Origin: Octopus vulgaris
Taxonomy: Eukaryota
Length of the DNA: 64,000 bases
NCBI GenBank assembly: GCA_951406725.2
Contig: OX597839.1
Span: 30,566,001 to 30,630,000, forward strand
Direction of reading: 5' to 3'
In this document: positions 13,497-28,119 of the stretch, piece after piece
Layout of the letters: each line of letters starts with the position of its first letter
Numbering within the stretch: position 1 is the stretch's first letter
The notes under the pieces: generated by a model
Databases searched by the model: none
What the model saw: the letters and a program-made list of their open reading frames with translations, nothing else
What the model was told of the DNA's origin: nothing
Program-made: the position numbers and the translations under genes

Positions 13497-13750
13497 TAAG
13501 CAAGTCAGATATGGATCAATGTATAAAGGTATATTGAATACAGGAAATACAACAATATTTATATATGTATACATACAAAAAGGTCCAACTTACACAAAAT
13601 AGAAATGATATAGAGAAAGAAAGAGGTTGAGGAAAAGTATTACATTTGTATTCTGTGTCAGTCAGACGTTTTTATATGTATATCTCATACGTGTTTTGTA
13701 TTTCAAGTATTTAATATACTTTATATATTGATCCATATCTGACTTGCTTA
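13497..13750. repeat. Imperfect foldback inverted repeat (~110 bp arms)
   Basis: TAAGCAAGTCAGATATGGATCAAT... pairs with ...ATTGATCCATATCTGACTTGCTTA. Confidence 0.85.
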
Positions 13751-13863
13751 TTCCTACATTTCTTTCTGTACACAACTTTGTAGTCCTGATTCATTTTGTG
13801 ACAAAATGATTGTCTCCCTGTAATAGCTGCAATCACTAAGGTGACCAAGCGTGTGTGTGTGCG

Positions 13864-13921
<58 letters not shown>

Positions 13922-14208
13922 CGCCCGCGCACACGCACACACATGTTTCCATCACTTCTCAGTCACGATGTCATTGTGAAAGCAGCCCTGCAAAGAAAGT
14001 CTTTACATTTACTGTCGGGTTTGCATCCAACCCCACATTACATACCCAAGGTAAATCTTCTTCCACCATATCAGGGTCACTCCCTCCACATGGTCGCATA
14101 GATCAAAGTGCTAAACCCAAAAGACCACCAAGCCTACCTGTTTCCCATTCGTTACCCTCCAGCAATGCATTCCACCACGAACAAGACCATATCCTCATCA
14201 ATTCCTCT

Positions 14209-14249
<41 letters not shown>

Positions 14250-14917
14250 GAATATATTTCTTCTTATTACCATTCTACTGCACTCCTTTTTAATACTTGC
14301 AGCCACGCCCACCCCTATGGAGGTGATACTACCTTTCATTTCCCCTTAATCTTTCCAACCTAATTCTCGTCTACGTGTTACCTAGATACATCGCTCCAGT
14401 TTTGCACTAACTCCACGAAGAAAAGACCCCCAACTCATTCTCCGATTGGGGAAATGACACTGGACGACGCCAGGAAAGATCCAATCCCGTGTTACATCAA
14501 TGAATAATCAATAGTAAAAAAAAACTACACATCTTCGTACGTCACCCGACAAAACGTTAACAGCACGTAACTAGAACCGGTTACCTTCACTTTGGGTGCC
14601 AAACCACGTCTTCGCTGACGATCGATTCCTGGCCAGCGCACATTTTCAATGACTGGTCTTTTTGCTCAGAACCAATGAATACTTCAACCGCAAACAGCTA
14701 CTGACCTCTTGACAAAGATCACGAAACACCCACAATAGGTTATTTCTCGCACGTCCGTAAATGTGATGCAGATATTCAACACTATACCCCCCCCCCCCCC
14801 AAAAAAAAAACATTTAATTGAACAGCATGAAATCCCCCCCCCCATTCCAACCATTGAACCACAAGTATCGTCTCCCCTTAAAACTGTAAGTCTTGTGAGT
14901 AAACCGTTATTATCAAA

Positions 14918-15105
14918 CGAGTTGGCAGAATCGTTAGCGCGGCGAGCGAAATACTGCTAAGTATTTCGTTCGTTCTTACATTCCGAGTTCAAATTCCGTC
15001 GAGGTCGACTTTGCCTTTTATCTTTTTATAAGTACCAGTTGCATACTGGAGTCGATATAATCGATTTGCCCTTCCCCCGAAATTGCTGGCCTTGTGGCAA
15101 AATTT
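14918..15105 (+). mobile_element. SINE family B (Nin/Deu-like domain) copy
   Basis: CGAGTTGGCAGAATCGTTAGC...GAGTTCAAATTCC (B box)...GACTTTGCCTTT; homologous to 20063-20458. Confidence 0.85.
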
Positions 15106-15121
15106 GAAATCATTATTACTC

Positions 15122-15164
<43 letters not shown>

Positions 15165-15260
15165 GTCCATCCATCCATCCCTCCATCCATCCATCCATCC
15201 ATCCATCCATCCATCCACCCATCCATCCATCCCTCCATCCATCCATCCATCCATCCAATA

Positions 15261-16157
15261 TCTTATACATAAATGGCAATTTCAGTTTCTCGATCTGTCT
15301 GTTGTCATCTTGTTGTCTACACCAGTGAACCAATCTTGATGAAACTTTGCATACATATTAAACTAATACCTAGTTCAATTATAGGGTAATTGGATTTCTA
15401 TAAAAATCTGTAATGTGCCTCCTGGGAGGTGCTATTATATGATAAAATGAGAAGGGTACAAAGAGTGTTAGTGCGAGGGAAATGTAGTAGCACGGTGAGT
15501 GTCACTGATATCAGTGAATGGGAGGACAGCGTTGTGTAAGCGACAAGTGTGGAGTGGCAATGGGATGATAACATTAATATAGCTGTGTGTGTGTCACGTC
15601 CTGTCTGGCTCTCTACTTTTGTTGTGTCTTCCTTGTTGCTGTCACATATTGTGAAATTTTAAAATTACGTCAAGATTTTCAAATTTGGTATTTTGAAATA
15701 GATTTCCACGTTAAATCCGATTTTGACATTTATTTGTTCCAGAAAAATTGCAGAAAAATCTTACTGAGGTTTAAAGTTTAATTAATTTTACCTAATCAGG
15801 AAACGGGATTTGGAAGCTAGTATTTTCTGCATGATAGCTATCACAAAATGAAAGCAAAATCATTACGAGGAGGAATTTTTTTTTATTAAACAAGCGAAAG
15901 CGAAGCATTACGACAACCAAAGTTGTAAGAACTTCTGAAGTTTTAATAAGTTTTAATGGATAAAGTCATGTGAAACGGTCGAACAGACATGTAAATAATT
16001 TACAAAGGAAAAAATCTTCTACAATAACTTTTGCGAAAAATTACACAAATCTGTCCTGATCAAGAGGGGAAGGTATGGCTGACATGCAATGAACAAAAAC
16101 TTAATATAAGGCATTCTATTGTAAAAATTGCCCGGCAACGACGGGTTGTTCAGCTCG
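15261..16157 (+). mobile_element. Non-autonomous Helitron (decayed)
   Basis: A|TC start (TCTTATACATAAA), subterminal hairpin CCCG-GCAACGA-CGGG and end CTCG|T (mutated CTAG); same architecture as 61846-62149. Confidence 0.6.
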
Positions 16158-16206
<49 letters not shown>

Positions 16207-17704
16207 TGGCTGTGTGTGTATCTATCGATCTGTCACCCTTAAATTAATCACAACCATCTCGTTTTCAATTAACACCCAAATTTCCACCCTCGTCTTACCC
16301 TTCTCCCCCTCCTTCCCACTTTCGCAATCAATGATAAAATATGTGTCTGCATGTTTATGTTGATGTGTAAATGCATGGTAGAATATGTTATGTGCGAGTG
16401 TGTGCATGTATGTGTGTGAAATCCCGTGAGTGTGTGTGCGAGTGCGCGCGCGTTTTGCGGAACCTTGCCTGATAAGAATCACTGTGTAACGCAAATCCTG
16501 TACAAAATCTCACCCCCACCTCGCTGCGTCGCTCTACTTTCCTCCACCCCCCCCGTTTCATCCTTCACACAATACTTTGTGCTAGCCACACATACATACA
16601 CACACATATACATACGCATATACACATACACACACATATACATACGCATATACACATACAGACACCAACGTGCACATATACACAATCATACACATTTCAC
16701 ACCAACAGACACGTACATGCATGCATTCATATCTTGTTTATCGCTCACGCATGTACACGCAGACGCACCCGTACATACAAATACACGCACACACACACAC
16801 ACACACACATGCAGACAATGACACATACACACATACACACACGCACGAGTGCGCATGTACACACATGCCTTTTTTATGTGTGGAGGAGTCGATATGGCAT
16901 CGGCTTGCGACAGGAAAGGTGACAAGTTCGTCTTCCACATTTGGTGCTTTTCTGTATTTACGTTCATCATTCTCAGTAGCTCAGTCTACTCAGCTGCAAA
17001 CATGTACCATGAATTGGTATACTGAAAAAAAAAAAAAATACAATTGAGAAGACTGTTCGTGGTCGGTCTACTCACTAGAAATAACTACCAAATCTTACCT
17101 AAACTATAAAAAAGGAGGGAAGGTAACGCGTACCGAGCTCAAATCCCGTTGAGGTCAACTTTGCTTTTCATCCTTCCGAGGTACCAGTCATATATTGAGA
17201 ACTGATTGAGTCGAGTGAAAATGGTGTCTACCAGCTTTCTTGTTTGTGTTACTTGTGCCTTAAAGGTTTTAAAGACCTTAAAGTGATGCCTGCATTGCAA
17301 GGGAATGTCAAACTCCCTCGTCCAAGGGACGCAGGATTCTACCGAGGGGCTGAATCCCCAGGTCATCATTAGCTTTGAAAGACATAAATGATGGGAAAAT
17401 GCTACAGAAATCCTACAATAAGCGGGTAATCTTCTCCGCCACCCCATCTCACTCCACTGTTTGCAAAATAGACGGGGTGGGTCTGACTGGAGGTCTACTA
17501 GATCAAGGGGGAATTAATTAATACACTACAACAACAGCAGCAACAACAACCATATAGTAATGGTGACAACCGCATTAAAGAGGAATGGTCGAGCGGTCAC
17601 ACGCTCCTTATTGCGGAATTCAAATCTATGGGTGCATCATGTTGTTGTTTTCAGTCACATTTATGTCTACACTGTCCCAATGGTGACACGAACTGAATAA
17701 TAAT

Positions 17705-18073
17705 AATAATACCAGTGATTATAGGAGCACTTGGAATGATCAAAAAAGGAACTGAAAATTATTTAAGAATGATCCCTGGCTTACCATCGTTGGCAAGAAA
17801 TGCAAAAGATTGTCTTGACTGCTACGTCACACGTATTGAGAAGAGCACCGTCGCTGTGAATTTTCTTTCCTTCCCCCTTTATTTTCTTCGTTTCTTTTTT
17901 CTTCCCTTTTCTCTCTATCTTTCATCCCCCCCCTTTTTTTTTCTATGACATGACTTTGTAAACGAACAATCTTGTGTGTATATTTTAATGGCCTACCAAT
18001 GTATAAAGTGAGTTTCTTTGCCCTAGGTGTCGGGAAAACACTCGGTAAGAAACGGAAACAAAATAGAAAGAGG

Positions 18074-18075
<2 letters not shown>
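17705..18075 (+). mobile_element. 3' end of R4/Dong-like RLE element flanked by (TAA)n
   Basis: IPVIIGALGMIKKGTENYLRMIPGLPSL/QEMQKIVLTATSHVLRR, then 3' UTR ending in (AAT)n. Confidence 0.85.
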
Positions 18076-18123
<48 letters not shown>

Positions 18124-18509
18124 CAATATATATATGTATGCATGTATGTATAAGAACGTTGTAGTTCGCTTGAAGCATTGAAGTACAGAAAAAGAAAATG
18201 AATGAAAAAAGAAATAAGGAAAATTCTAACGATGTAGAAAGTTTTAAAAACCCTTTATATTTCAGGCGCAAAGGCATATCTTCAGAAGGATACAGTCAAA
18301 GAGAGCCGTAGTCAAGACAACTTAGTTTCCTGTCTCTTGTTCTGAAAGTTCTCAGAATCTATCCACCCATTTCTTTGGCTGCATTCTTTTGATGATAGGA
18401 CTTTGCGCCCGAAATATAAAGTTTTTTAGAAAAAACTTTCGGTATTATTAGAAACTTTCCTTATTTCTCTTTTCGTTTTTAGGCGCAGGTATGTATTCTT
18501 TTATTCTTC

Positions 18510-19440
18510 TGCATGTCTGAGGCTAAAGGCTACGGCCATGCTGAGGCATCGCTGGTACAATCACCATTTTCAATCGCTGCCCTCTTTCAGTTCTTACTGT
18601 GATGTAGGTCCATCTGGGATCCTGGACAGCAGAAGGTCAAGATGCTTCTTGAAAATACCTACCTCTGCTCCAGGTAGGTATCTCAGGTTTTATGGCAAGA
18701 TGTTAAATAACTGAGGGACTTTAAATCCCAAGCTGTTGTAGTACTTGATTCTCACTTTAGACAGGATGGGCGGGACCTTTGGACCAGTTCAGTGGAATTC
18801 TGTTCGTGGGCGTGTATAACTCTCGCTGCCAAATTTGGTGCCCGTCCCTGCAGGATCTTTTATATGTCAATCTCTATCGTCTTCGCTCCAGAGAGTCGAG
18901 TCGTAATTATTATTTCAGTCTCAGTAGCTCAAGTGTTTCATTGATGTAATCTTTCTGGTGTTGCACTGCTGAACAGCCTGAAGTTTTGTTATTAAATTGA
19001 CGCTGTGGGCTGACCATTGTTGAGATCAGTAGTCCAGAGAGGTGAGGAGAAATGTCCTCCATAGGACCACTTTAGCTTTTCGTCTCTTGTCCCGAAAGCT
19101 CTTAGAACCCATTCATCCATTCACCTGCACGTTCCCACCGTCTTGGTGGTATGTACGTGAAACGAAACATCGATCAGCAGATTATGTGTTTGACCCTGGC
19201 ATTATCCCTTCTATTGGTTTACAGTTGCAGCATCTTAGCACAAGATGGGCTGATAGTGGAAGGCTTGGGATTTTCCAGCATCAAATTGCATGTTGTTTTC
19301 TTTAGACCTTTGGATATGGCATCTAGGTTTTTCTGCAGACAATTAGCATCGAGAGGGTTCTTGAATGCGTCCGCTATTATTGTGTCGCCACAAGAAGCCA
19401 TGTAACTACTCTCCCAGTTTTTTATTATGTCGAGTGGTCG
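18510..19440 (-). mobile_element. Decayed CR1/L2-group LINE 3' portion
   Basis: DTIIADAFKNPLDANCLQKNLDAI...YYNSLGFKVPQLFNILP*NLR...FKKHLDLLLSRIPDGP; tail GATGCCTCAGCATGGCC. Confidence 0.85.
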
Positions 19441-19486
19441 TAGCTCGTGACATCATGTATGCATGTGTGCATGTATGTTGGTAGGC

Positions 19487-19517
<31 letters not shown>

Positions 19518-19576
19518 TGTATGTATGTATGTATGTATGTATGCATGTAAGCATGTATGTATGTATGTATGTATGC

Positions 19577-19624
<48 letters not shown>

Positions 19625-19632
19625 TTATGTGA

Positions 19633-19880
19633 AGGCGCGTGGCTTAATGATTAGAATGTTGGACTCATGATCGTAAGATTGTGGTTTCGATTCCTGGACC
19701 GGGCAACGCGCTGTGTTTTTGAACAAAACTCTTCATTTCATACTGCTCTAGTCAACTCAGCTGCCACCTAACCCTAACCCGGCAACGGACTGGCATCCCG
19801 CCCAGGTGGAGAATATATACACCATGAGAACAGGGAAACCGCCCTATGAGTCGATATGACTCGGGAAAAGGCTTTACTTT
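19633..19880 (+). mobile_element. tRNA-derived SINE family C (V/CORE-like central region)
   Basis: GGCGCGTGGCTTAATGATTAG (A box), GTTTCGATTCC (B box), ACGGACTGGCATCCCGCCCAGG body; related tail on minus strand at ~34040-34110. Confidence 0.7.
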
Positions 19881-20062
19881 TTTTTTACATATGCTTTTTT
19901 ATAAATATACAAATATGAGCGTCCAATAATAATATATTTGTTCCACGTCCTCGCGTTGTTGTGTTTTTTTTGTGCTTTCTTGTTTGGATTAACTATATAT
20001 ATATATATATACACACACAAAGTATATATATACAAAGTATATATGAATATATGTATTTTTAA

Positions 20063-20458
20063 GGCGGCGAGTTGGCAGAAACGTTAGCACACCGGGCGAA
20101 ATGCGTAGCCGTATTTCGTCTGCTGTTACTTTCTGAGTTCAAATTCCGCCGAGGTCGACTTTGCCTTTCATCCTTTCGGGGTCGATTAAATAAGTACCAG
20201 TTACGCACTGGTGTCGATGTAATCGACTTAATCCGTTTGTCTGTCCTTGTTTGTCCCCTGTGTTTCGCCCCTTGTGGCTAGTAAAGAAATAGGTATTTCG
20301 TCTGCCGCTACGTTCTGAGTTCAAATTCCGCCGAGGTCGACTTTGCCTTTCATCCTTTCGGGGTCGATAAATTAAGTACCAGTTGCGTACTGGGGTCGAT
20401 TTAATCGAATTGCCCCCTCCCCCAAAATTTTGGGCTTTGTGCTAAGAGTAGAAAAGAA
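20063..20458 (+). mobile_element. SINE family B, full-length with internally duplicated unit
   Basis: GGCGGCGAGTTGGCAGAAACGTTAGC head; two copies of GTATTTCGTCTG...GAGTTCAAATTCC...GCCTTTCATCCTTTCGGGGTCGAT.AA.TAAGTACC (Nin/Deu-like domain). Confidence 0.92.
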
Positions 20459-20802
20459 TATTTGTATTTATATAATGTATAATTAATGTAGCCAGCGGTA
20501 AGCAATGTTTTACCAAAAAAGATAATTCCAACCATCATTAAATGAATGAGGGTGTTTGAAATACATTGCTAGAAATAAGAGTTAAATGCTCTAAGGCTGC
20601 AGTCAAAGCCCATAATTGTAGACACACATACCGACAGATACCGTAATCGCCCGAAAAGTTTATCGCTGCTTCCGTTAATTATTTCTATACACATTAGCGA
20701 TTTGCTAAATTACCGATAGATTTCTATAGTGTAGATATATACTGGCAAAGATCTTCGTCCGGGAACAGCCAAATCGGCTGCCCTCGGCAATGACATCCCG
20801 GT

Positions 20803-20839
<37 letters not shown>

Positions 20840-20885
20840 TCGAAAAATACCTTAGGAATGGGAACCAAGGTTCGAAATCTCCGCA

Positions 20886-20932
20886 AGACACCTGATGAAG
20901 GCTGGAGAGTATATCAGCCGAAATACTGTGTT
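20886..20932 (+). ncRNA. Degenerate minimal hammerhead ribozyme motif in a PLE pLTR-like fragment
   Basis: GACAC-CTGATGA-A-GGCTG(GAGAGTATAT)CAGCC-GAAA-TACT-GTGTT; stems I and II pair, stem III/cleavage triplet mutated. Confidence 0.7.
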
Positions 20933-21001
20933 AACAACAAACAAGATGAGGAGTAATGTCCGTCAAATGTAAACGATGTACTTTTATATTCTATTCTTTC
21001 T

Positions 21002-21054
<53 letters not shown>

Positions 21055-21057
21055 TTA

Positions 21058-21250
21058 TATTTTACTTGTTTCAGTCATTTAGACAACGGTTATGCAGGGA
21101 CACCGACCTGAGAATCGTAATCGAATGAAGCGACCCCAGAGCTTATATCCAAGCCTGGTACTTGTTCTGTCGGTTTCTTTTACCAAGCCGCCAGGTTACA
21201 GAGATCTAAATACACCATCACCGGTTGTCAAGCAGTTGGAGGGGGTGTAC
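21058..21250 (-). mobile_element. SINE family A 3' half, diverged
   Basis: TTGTTTCAGTCATTT tail and body homology. Confidence 0.75.
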
Positions 21251-21354
21251 AAACACACACACAAACACATATGCACACACAGAAACACATACACACACAC
21301 AAACATACACACACACATGCGCAGGCGTGGCTGTGTGGTAAGAAGCTTACTTCC

Positions 21355-23440
21355 GCCTGAAGACTTCGGTCGTGTTCTGTGAGTTGTCATTTTTTTATTA
21401 TTGAAATTATGTTATTTATTGTAAACTATTGTTGAAAATTGTTTTTGTGAACTGTCCCCTGTTTGCGGACTGTGTTGGACAATTTTATTTCCCATTATTC
21501 CGGGGAATAGGGAAATTTTCTGTAGCCATTTGGCAATTGTTTATTCGACTGGATTCTTCAACGTTGGGCATTTTTTAATTTAGCCTTTGTAGACCCTGTT
21601 GAACTACGCCCCACTCCACAAACGGGGGTGGGATCTTAACTGTTGTTCCTATTATGAGGATTTTAATTTTTGAAATGTGGGGGAAAAATGGAAGAAACCT
21701 ACAATTTTCTTTTGAAAAAATGAACTGTATTCAGCCGCTTTAGGCTCTTTATTTGAGCTGCGACCCTCCCCATGACGGGGGTGTGATTTGAACTGTTGTT
21801 CGTCTTGAGAGAAAGTAATTTTTTTGAACAAAACAAAACAAAAAAACGGAATCCTATAATTTTTCCTTTGGGAAACTGTTTTTCAACCGTTTGCGGGGTT
21901 CATTGAGCTGCGCCCCTTCCCCTGACAGGGGTGGGATTTGAACTTATTGATTGCCAAAAAGGAAAAAAGAAAAAGAAAAAAATCTTGGATCTGTGTTCGT
22001 ACGTTTTCTAATTTATAAAAATGCTCTCTGGAAGAGTGTGAGGCTTTGGAGGCTAAGCAGTCTGCAAAACAAGTTACCAAAGGTTTTGCGACAATCGCCG
22101 CCGTACAAATGGAAATTCTGGAGATCCTAGTGAGGAAACTCCAGGAAATGTTTTTTAAAATGACAGAGGAGGAGGGTGAAGTAAAAATATCACCTCCCAC
22201 CAACACAACAGACGAGATTAAACAAAAAACGATGATATTCAAAGCGTTCTACCCCGAAGAAAACAAAATGGAGCACATAGAAGAGAATAAAATTGAAAAC
22301 TGCCTGGCAGCTATAGGGAAAGGTTTTAGATATATAACAAGGAGAAAATTTGGCACAATAGAAGCCAGATTCAGGACAATAAAGATGGCCCGCGAGCACT
22401 CTGTCAACCCGTGAAGACAAAAGATGTGGTACTTCTGTCAATGTATATGAGGCGACGCACGTCCCGTGTCAGGATGATAGACGAACCGCCGGAGGTTGAT
22501 GCCGCATGGGTGATGGCCGTCCTGTTGTTTAACAGGGAAGATAAAATTAATATCGTGCTAGGGATGCCTTGGCTGAGGATGCGAAAATTCGCGTTCGAGG
22601 CACCTCTGGCTTTTCTTGGATGGGGAGCAGGTGTGGTCACCGCACGTAGAGTTCTACCTTCCACAGTTGACGTTCTTAATGGACATTGGTCCATAGATCA
22701 GACGAACACCTAAGCTGGGATTGGCAATTAGAGTGCTGTCAGGTACTCCAGCTACTCTCTCGGGTGGGCAATACCAGCAACAGGAGTTCCACTGCGGATT
22801 TCTATAGCGGGTTAGTGGAATTTATGTCAGACAATGTCCTGGGGGAGATCCTGGGCTTCGATGGAAATCAGTTGATCAACCAGTTCAGAACTTTCGGGGC
22901 CGGGGTATCTGGATAATTACCAGAAATCCCTCGCTTTGCCTGATCGAGACAAGCTGTCATGGTACGGAAGTGCCGTCTCGCCGACGTATCCGAGGTGCAG
23001 GCGGGACAGAGAAACTCTCTTGCACGTGGAGTGTCCGGAATTATCGGGACTGATAGCTTTTGTCGAGCAACTGTTGTCAACGACGGGAAGAGTACAGCTA
23101 TCAGTTGAGTCTGTTATCAAGATTTTGTCGCCTCCTTCCCTTAACAGGGAAAGGAAAGCTTGTTTTTTTTTCTGCGTAGTAGCCATACTGAAAGAAACTG
23201 TGTGGCAGACGCATGTAAGAGGTATAGTGACAAGTACCTTCGTCTCTGGTCAGAGGCTGGTTAACTTCTTTAGTTACCACCTCGATAGCAAGATCAAGCT
23301 GGAGAAGAGATACCTGTCACAGGATATGTTCGCGAAAAGATGTGGTGAACAAGCTGCGAGTGACTGGAACCAGGTAAGTGGGGCCAGAAGGAAAAGTAAA
23401 GGTTCGAACCTGGCAGTTGGATGCCTTTCCTTCAGTCACA
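21355..23440 (+). mobile_element. Decayed, internally deleted L1/Tx1-group retrotransposon (5' tandem repeats, ORF1 remnant, ORF2 C-terminus)
   Basis: ORF1-like 22046-22550; ORF2 C-terminus LDNYQKSL/LPDRDKL...VSPTYPRC...ETLLHVECP (zf-RVT-like); homologous to 48310-49025 and ~55100-55300. Confidence 0.75.
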
Positions 23441-23535
23441 CATTGCAAAATTTGCAACGATCATCAAGTTTATATAGAAAGTTTTAAAAGGAATTAAAAA
23501 AATCTAATTTTTAAGAGCATGACATTTTATCATGG

Positions 23536-23670
23536 CTTCCCAACGACATGGCTCCGGGTTCAGTCCCACTGCGAAACATCCTGCGCAAGTGTCTTCTACT
23601 ATATCTTCGGGCCGACCAAACCTTGTGAGTGGATTTGGTAGACAGAAGCCAAAAGGAGCCTGTCCTGTGT
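23536..23670 (+). mobile_element. SINE family A fragment
   Basis: GCTTCCCAACGACATGGCTCCGGGTTCAGTCCCACTGCG... Confidence 0.85.
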
Positions 23671-23689
23671 CTCCAAGAAGTTTAAAGTT

Positions 23690-25650
<1,961 letters not shown>

Positions 25651-25691
25651 TATATATATTATATATATATATATTATATATATGAAAGAAA

Positions 25692-25965
25692 TGGAAAACA
25701 AAACAATAAATTGAATAATTATAAATTCAATTCAATTTAAATATTTTATCCAAACAATTGATATTTTTTGTCCAATGTTTAAGCAGAGCATCCCTATCTG
25801 GTTGAGGCAGCATTACATATCTAAATGGATTGGATTATTCTTGAAAAACCTCGTTTTGTTAATGAAGCGGAAACAGCTGGGATTTATGAGATGCGTCATT
25901 TGTTTGTCTAAAATATTGAAATTGAATTGAATTTATAATTGTTCAATTTATCGTTTTGTTTTCCA
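25692..25965. repeat. Foldback inverted repeat, ~70 bp arms, ~134 bp spacer
   Basis: TGGAAAACAAAACAATAAATTGAATAATTATAAATTCAATTCAATTT... pairs with 25896-25965. Confidence 0.88.
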
Positions 25966-26002
25966 CTTATTTCTCTCTGTCTGTCTGTCTCTCTACACAC
26001 AC

Positions 26003-26134
26003 ACGACAGGCTTCTTTTGGCTTCTGTCTACCAAATCCACTCACAAGATTTGGTCGGCTCGAAGATATAGTAGAAGGCATTTGCGCAAGGTGTTTCGCAG
26101 TGGGACTGAACCCGGGGCCATGTGGTTGGGAAGC
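26003..26134 (-). mobile_element. SINE family A fragment (inverted twin of 23536-23670)
   Basis: Shares diagnostic variants GCGAAACA, GCGCAA, CAGAAGCCAAAAG. Confidence 0.85.
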
Positions 26135-26335
26135 CATGATAAAATATGGTTATCTTTAAACATTTACGTGTGTATGTGCGTATTTATGAATGTATGTATG
26201 TACGTATGTGTGCGTGTTTAAATACACACACGTGTACATATCCGCCCACAAAATAGGCATAAGAGTATATATTAGAATATATATTTGTACATTAATATAT
26301 CAATTCACAAGTTTAAAGATTAGGTGCAGCATATA

Positions 26336-26445
<110 letters not shown>

Positions 26446-26716
26446 CGTCCGTCCGTCCGTCTGTCTGTCTGTCCGTCCACCCATCCATCCATCCACCCAC
26501 AAGCACACACACACACACGTACATAGACATATATAAAGTGAGCGAGAGAGAGAGAGAGAGAGGGAGGTGGGGGGAGTGAATGATGAAGGAAGCTTCATTG
26601 GCAGCGACATTAATATGATTATAGAGAGCAGGCGCCATTGTGTCGGTGGAGGATGGCAAAGAGGGACGGTGAGAGGGGCGCAGCGCGAATGAAGGACGCA
26701 GAAGTTGAAAGAAGTT

Positions 26717-26770
<54 letters not shown>

Positions 26771-26814
26771 GTGAGTTAGTATGTGTGTGCGTGCGTGAGT
26801 ATACTTATAGATAC

Positions 26815-26900
<86 letters not shown>

Positions 26901-26940
26901 GAAAATATACATACATATACATATGTATACATGCCTACAT

Positions 26941-26984
<44 letters not shown>

Positions 26985-28079
26985 AGGCAGGAAACTGAAA
27001 AGAGGGTACCAGTCACAAACTCCCTCCTTCACTAAAAGCCAACCACATAGAATCGGCCAATTAAAAGGTGATTACACAGGCGATGCTGCAGCATGGCCAC
27101 AGAATTAGGGCTGAATAACAGAATATATGTATATAGTAATTTGTGTGTGTGTATACATTTGGATAATATGTGCCACAGCACCATCCTTATTTTACAGAAC
27201 ACTGATTGTAATAATGAATGCATAGAATATACACATGCAAATATGCACGCGCGCACACACACATGTATATATACATATATACACACACACATATTTACAT
27301 ATATATATATAGAATGTAGAGTTAAACGAATAACTTAAATGAATTACACACAACGAAGAATATGCACAAGACATTGTGTAGAAATTGTATATATTGAATA
27401 TGATTCTTAAAATATATAGAGACATGCATATACATACATATATATATTTATATGCATCATAAATATATAGTTTATACAACTGTATGTAAAGTAGTGAATG
27501 TTTAAAATATAGCCAATACCACATCATGTCTATCTATCTATCTATCTGTCGATATACATACATACATACATACACACATATATACTTCAATATTCGTGTG
27601 TATACAATCTCATAAATGTATATGTACATAACTATATACATGTACAAATTTGTGTATGTACATCCTCACATATGTGTGTGTGTGTGTGTGTATATATATA
27701 TGCGAACGTAGATACAGATATACATACATACACACACAAATAGACAGATAGATAAATTAAGAAATGGAGTAAAATGCAGAGGTTTGTTATTCAAATCTTT
27801 ACACTTCCGATATATGCATCAACATATACTATATACATAATATATATACACTCACACGTACACGCACACATATATAAATGCATTTCCATAGATACTTGTA
27901 CACACAAAATAGTCGCGTGTGACGTGTAATATCGTAGGATACATTTCTATAAGATATCAAATATATCTTTACAAGGAAAACTTTGATAGTGATTTCGAAG
28001 TTACGACTTCATCTGGTATATATGTATAATCCTCAATTCCTTTTGCAATTTCGCATCGTCATTTCAAATTTTATAATAT

Positions 28080-28119
<40 letters not shown>

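Noticed and set aside
14560-14640. VTFT/WVPNHV resembling an RNase H motif of I-clade LINEs
   Set aside because: Single short frameshifted motif with no supporting context
21598-21950. Spaced direct repeats as a possible CRISPR array
   Set aside because: Eukaryotic context, degenerate repeats, the intervening sequences are themselves similar, and no cas genes
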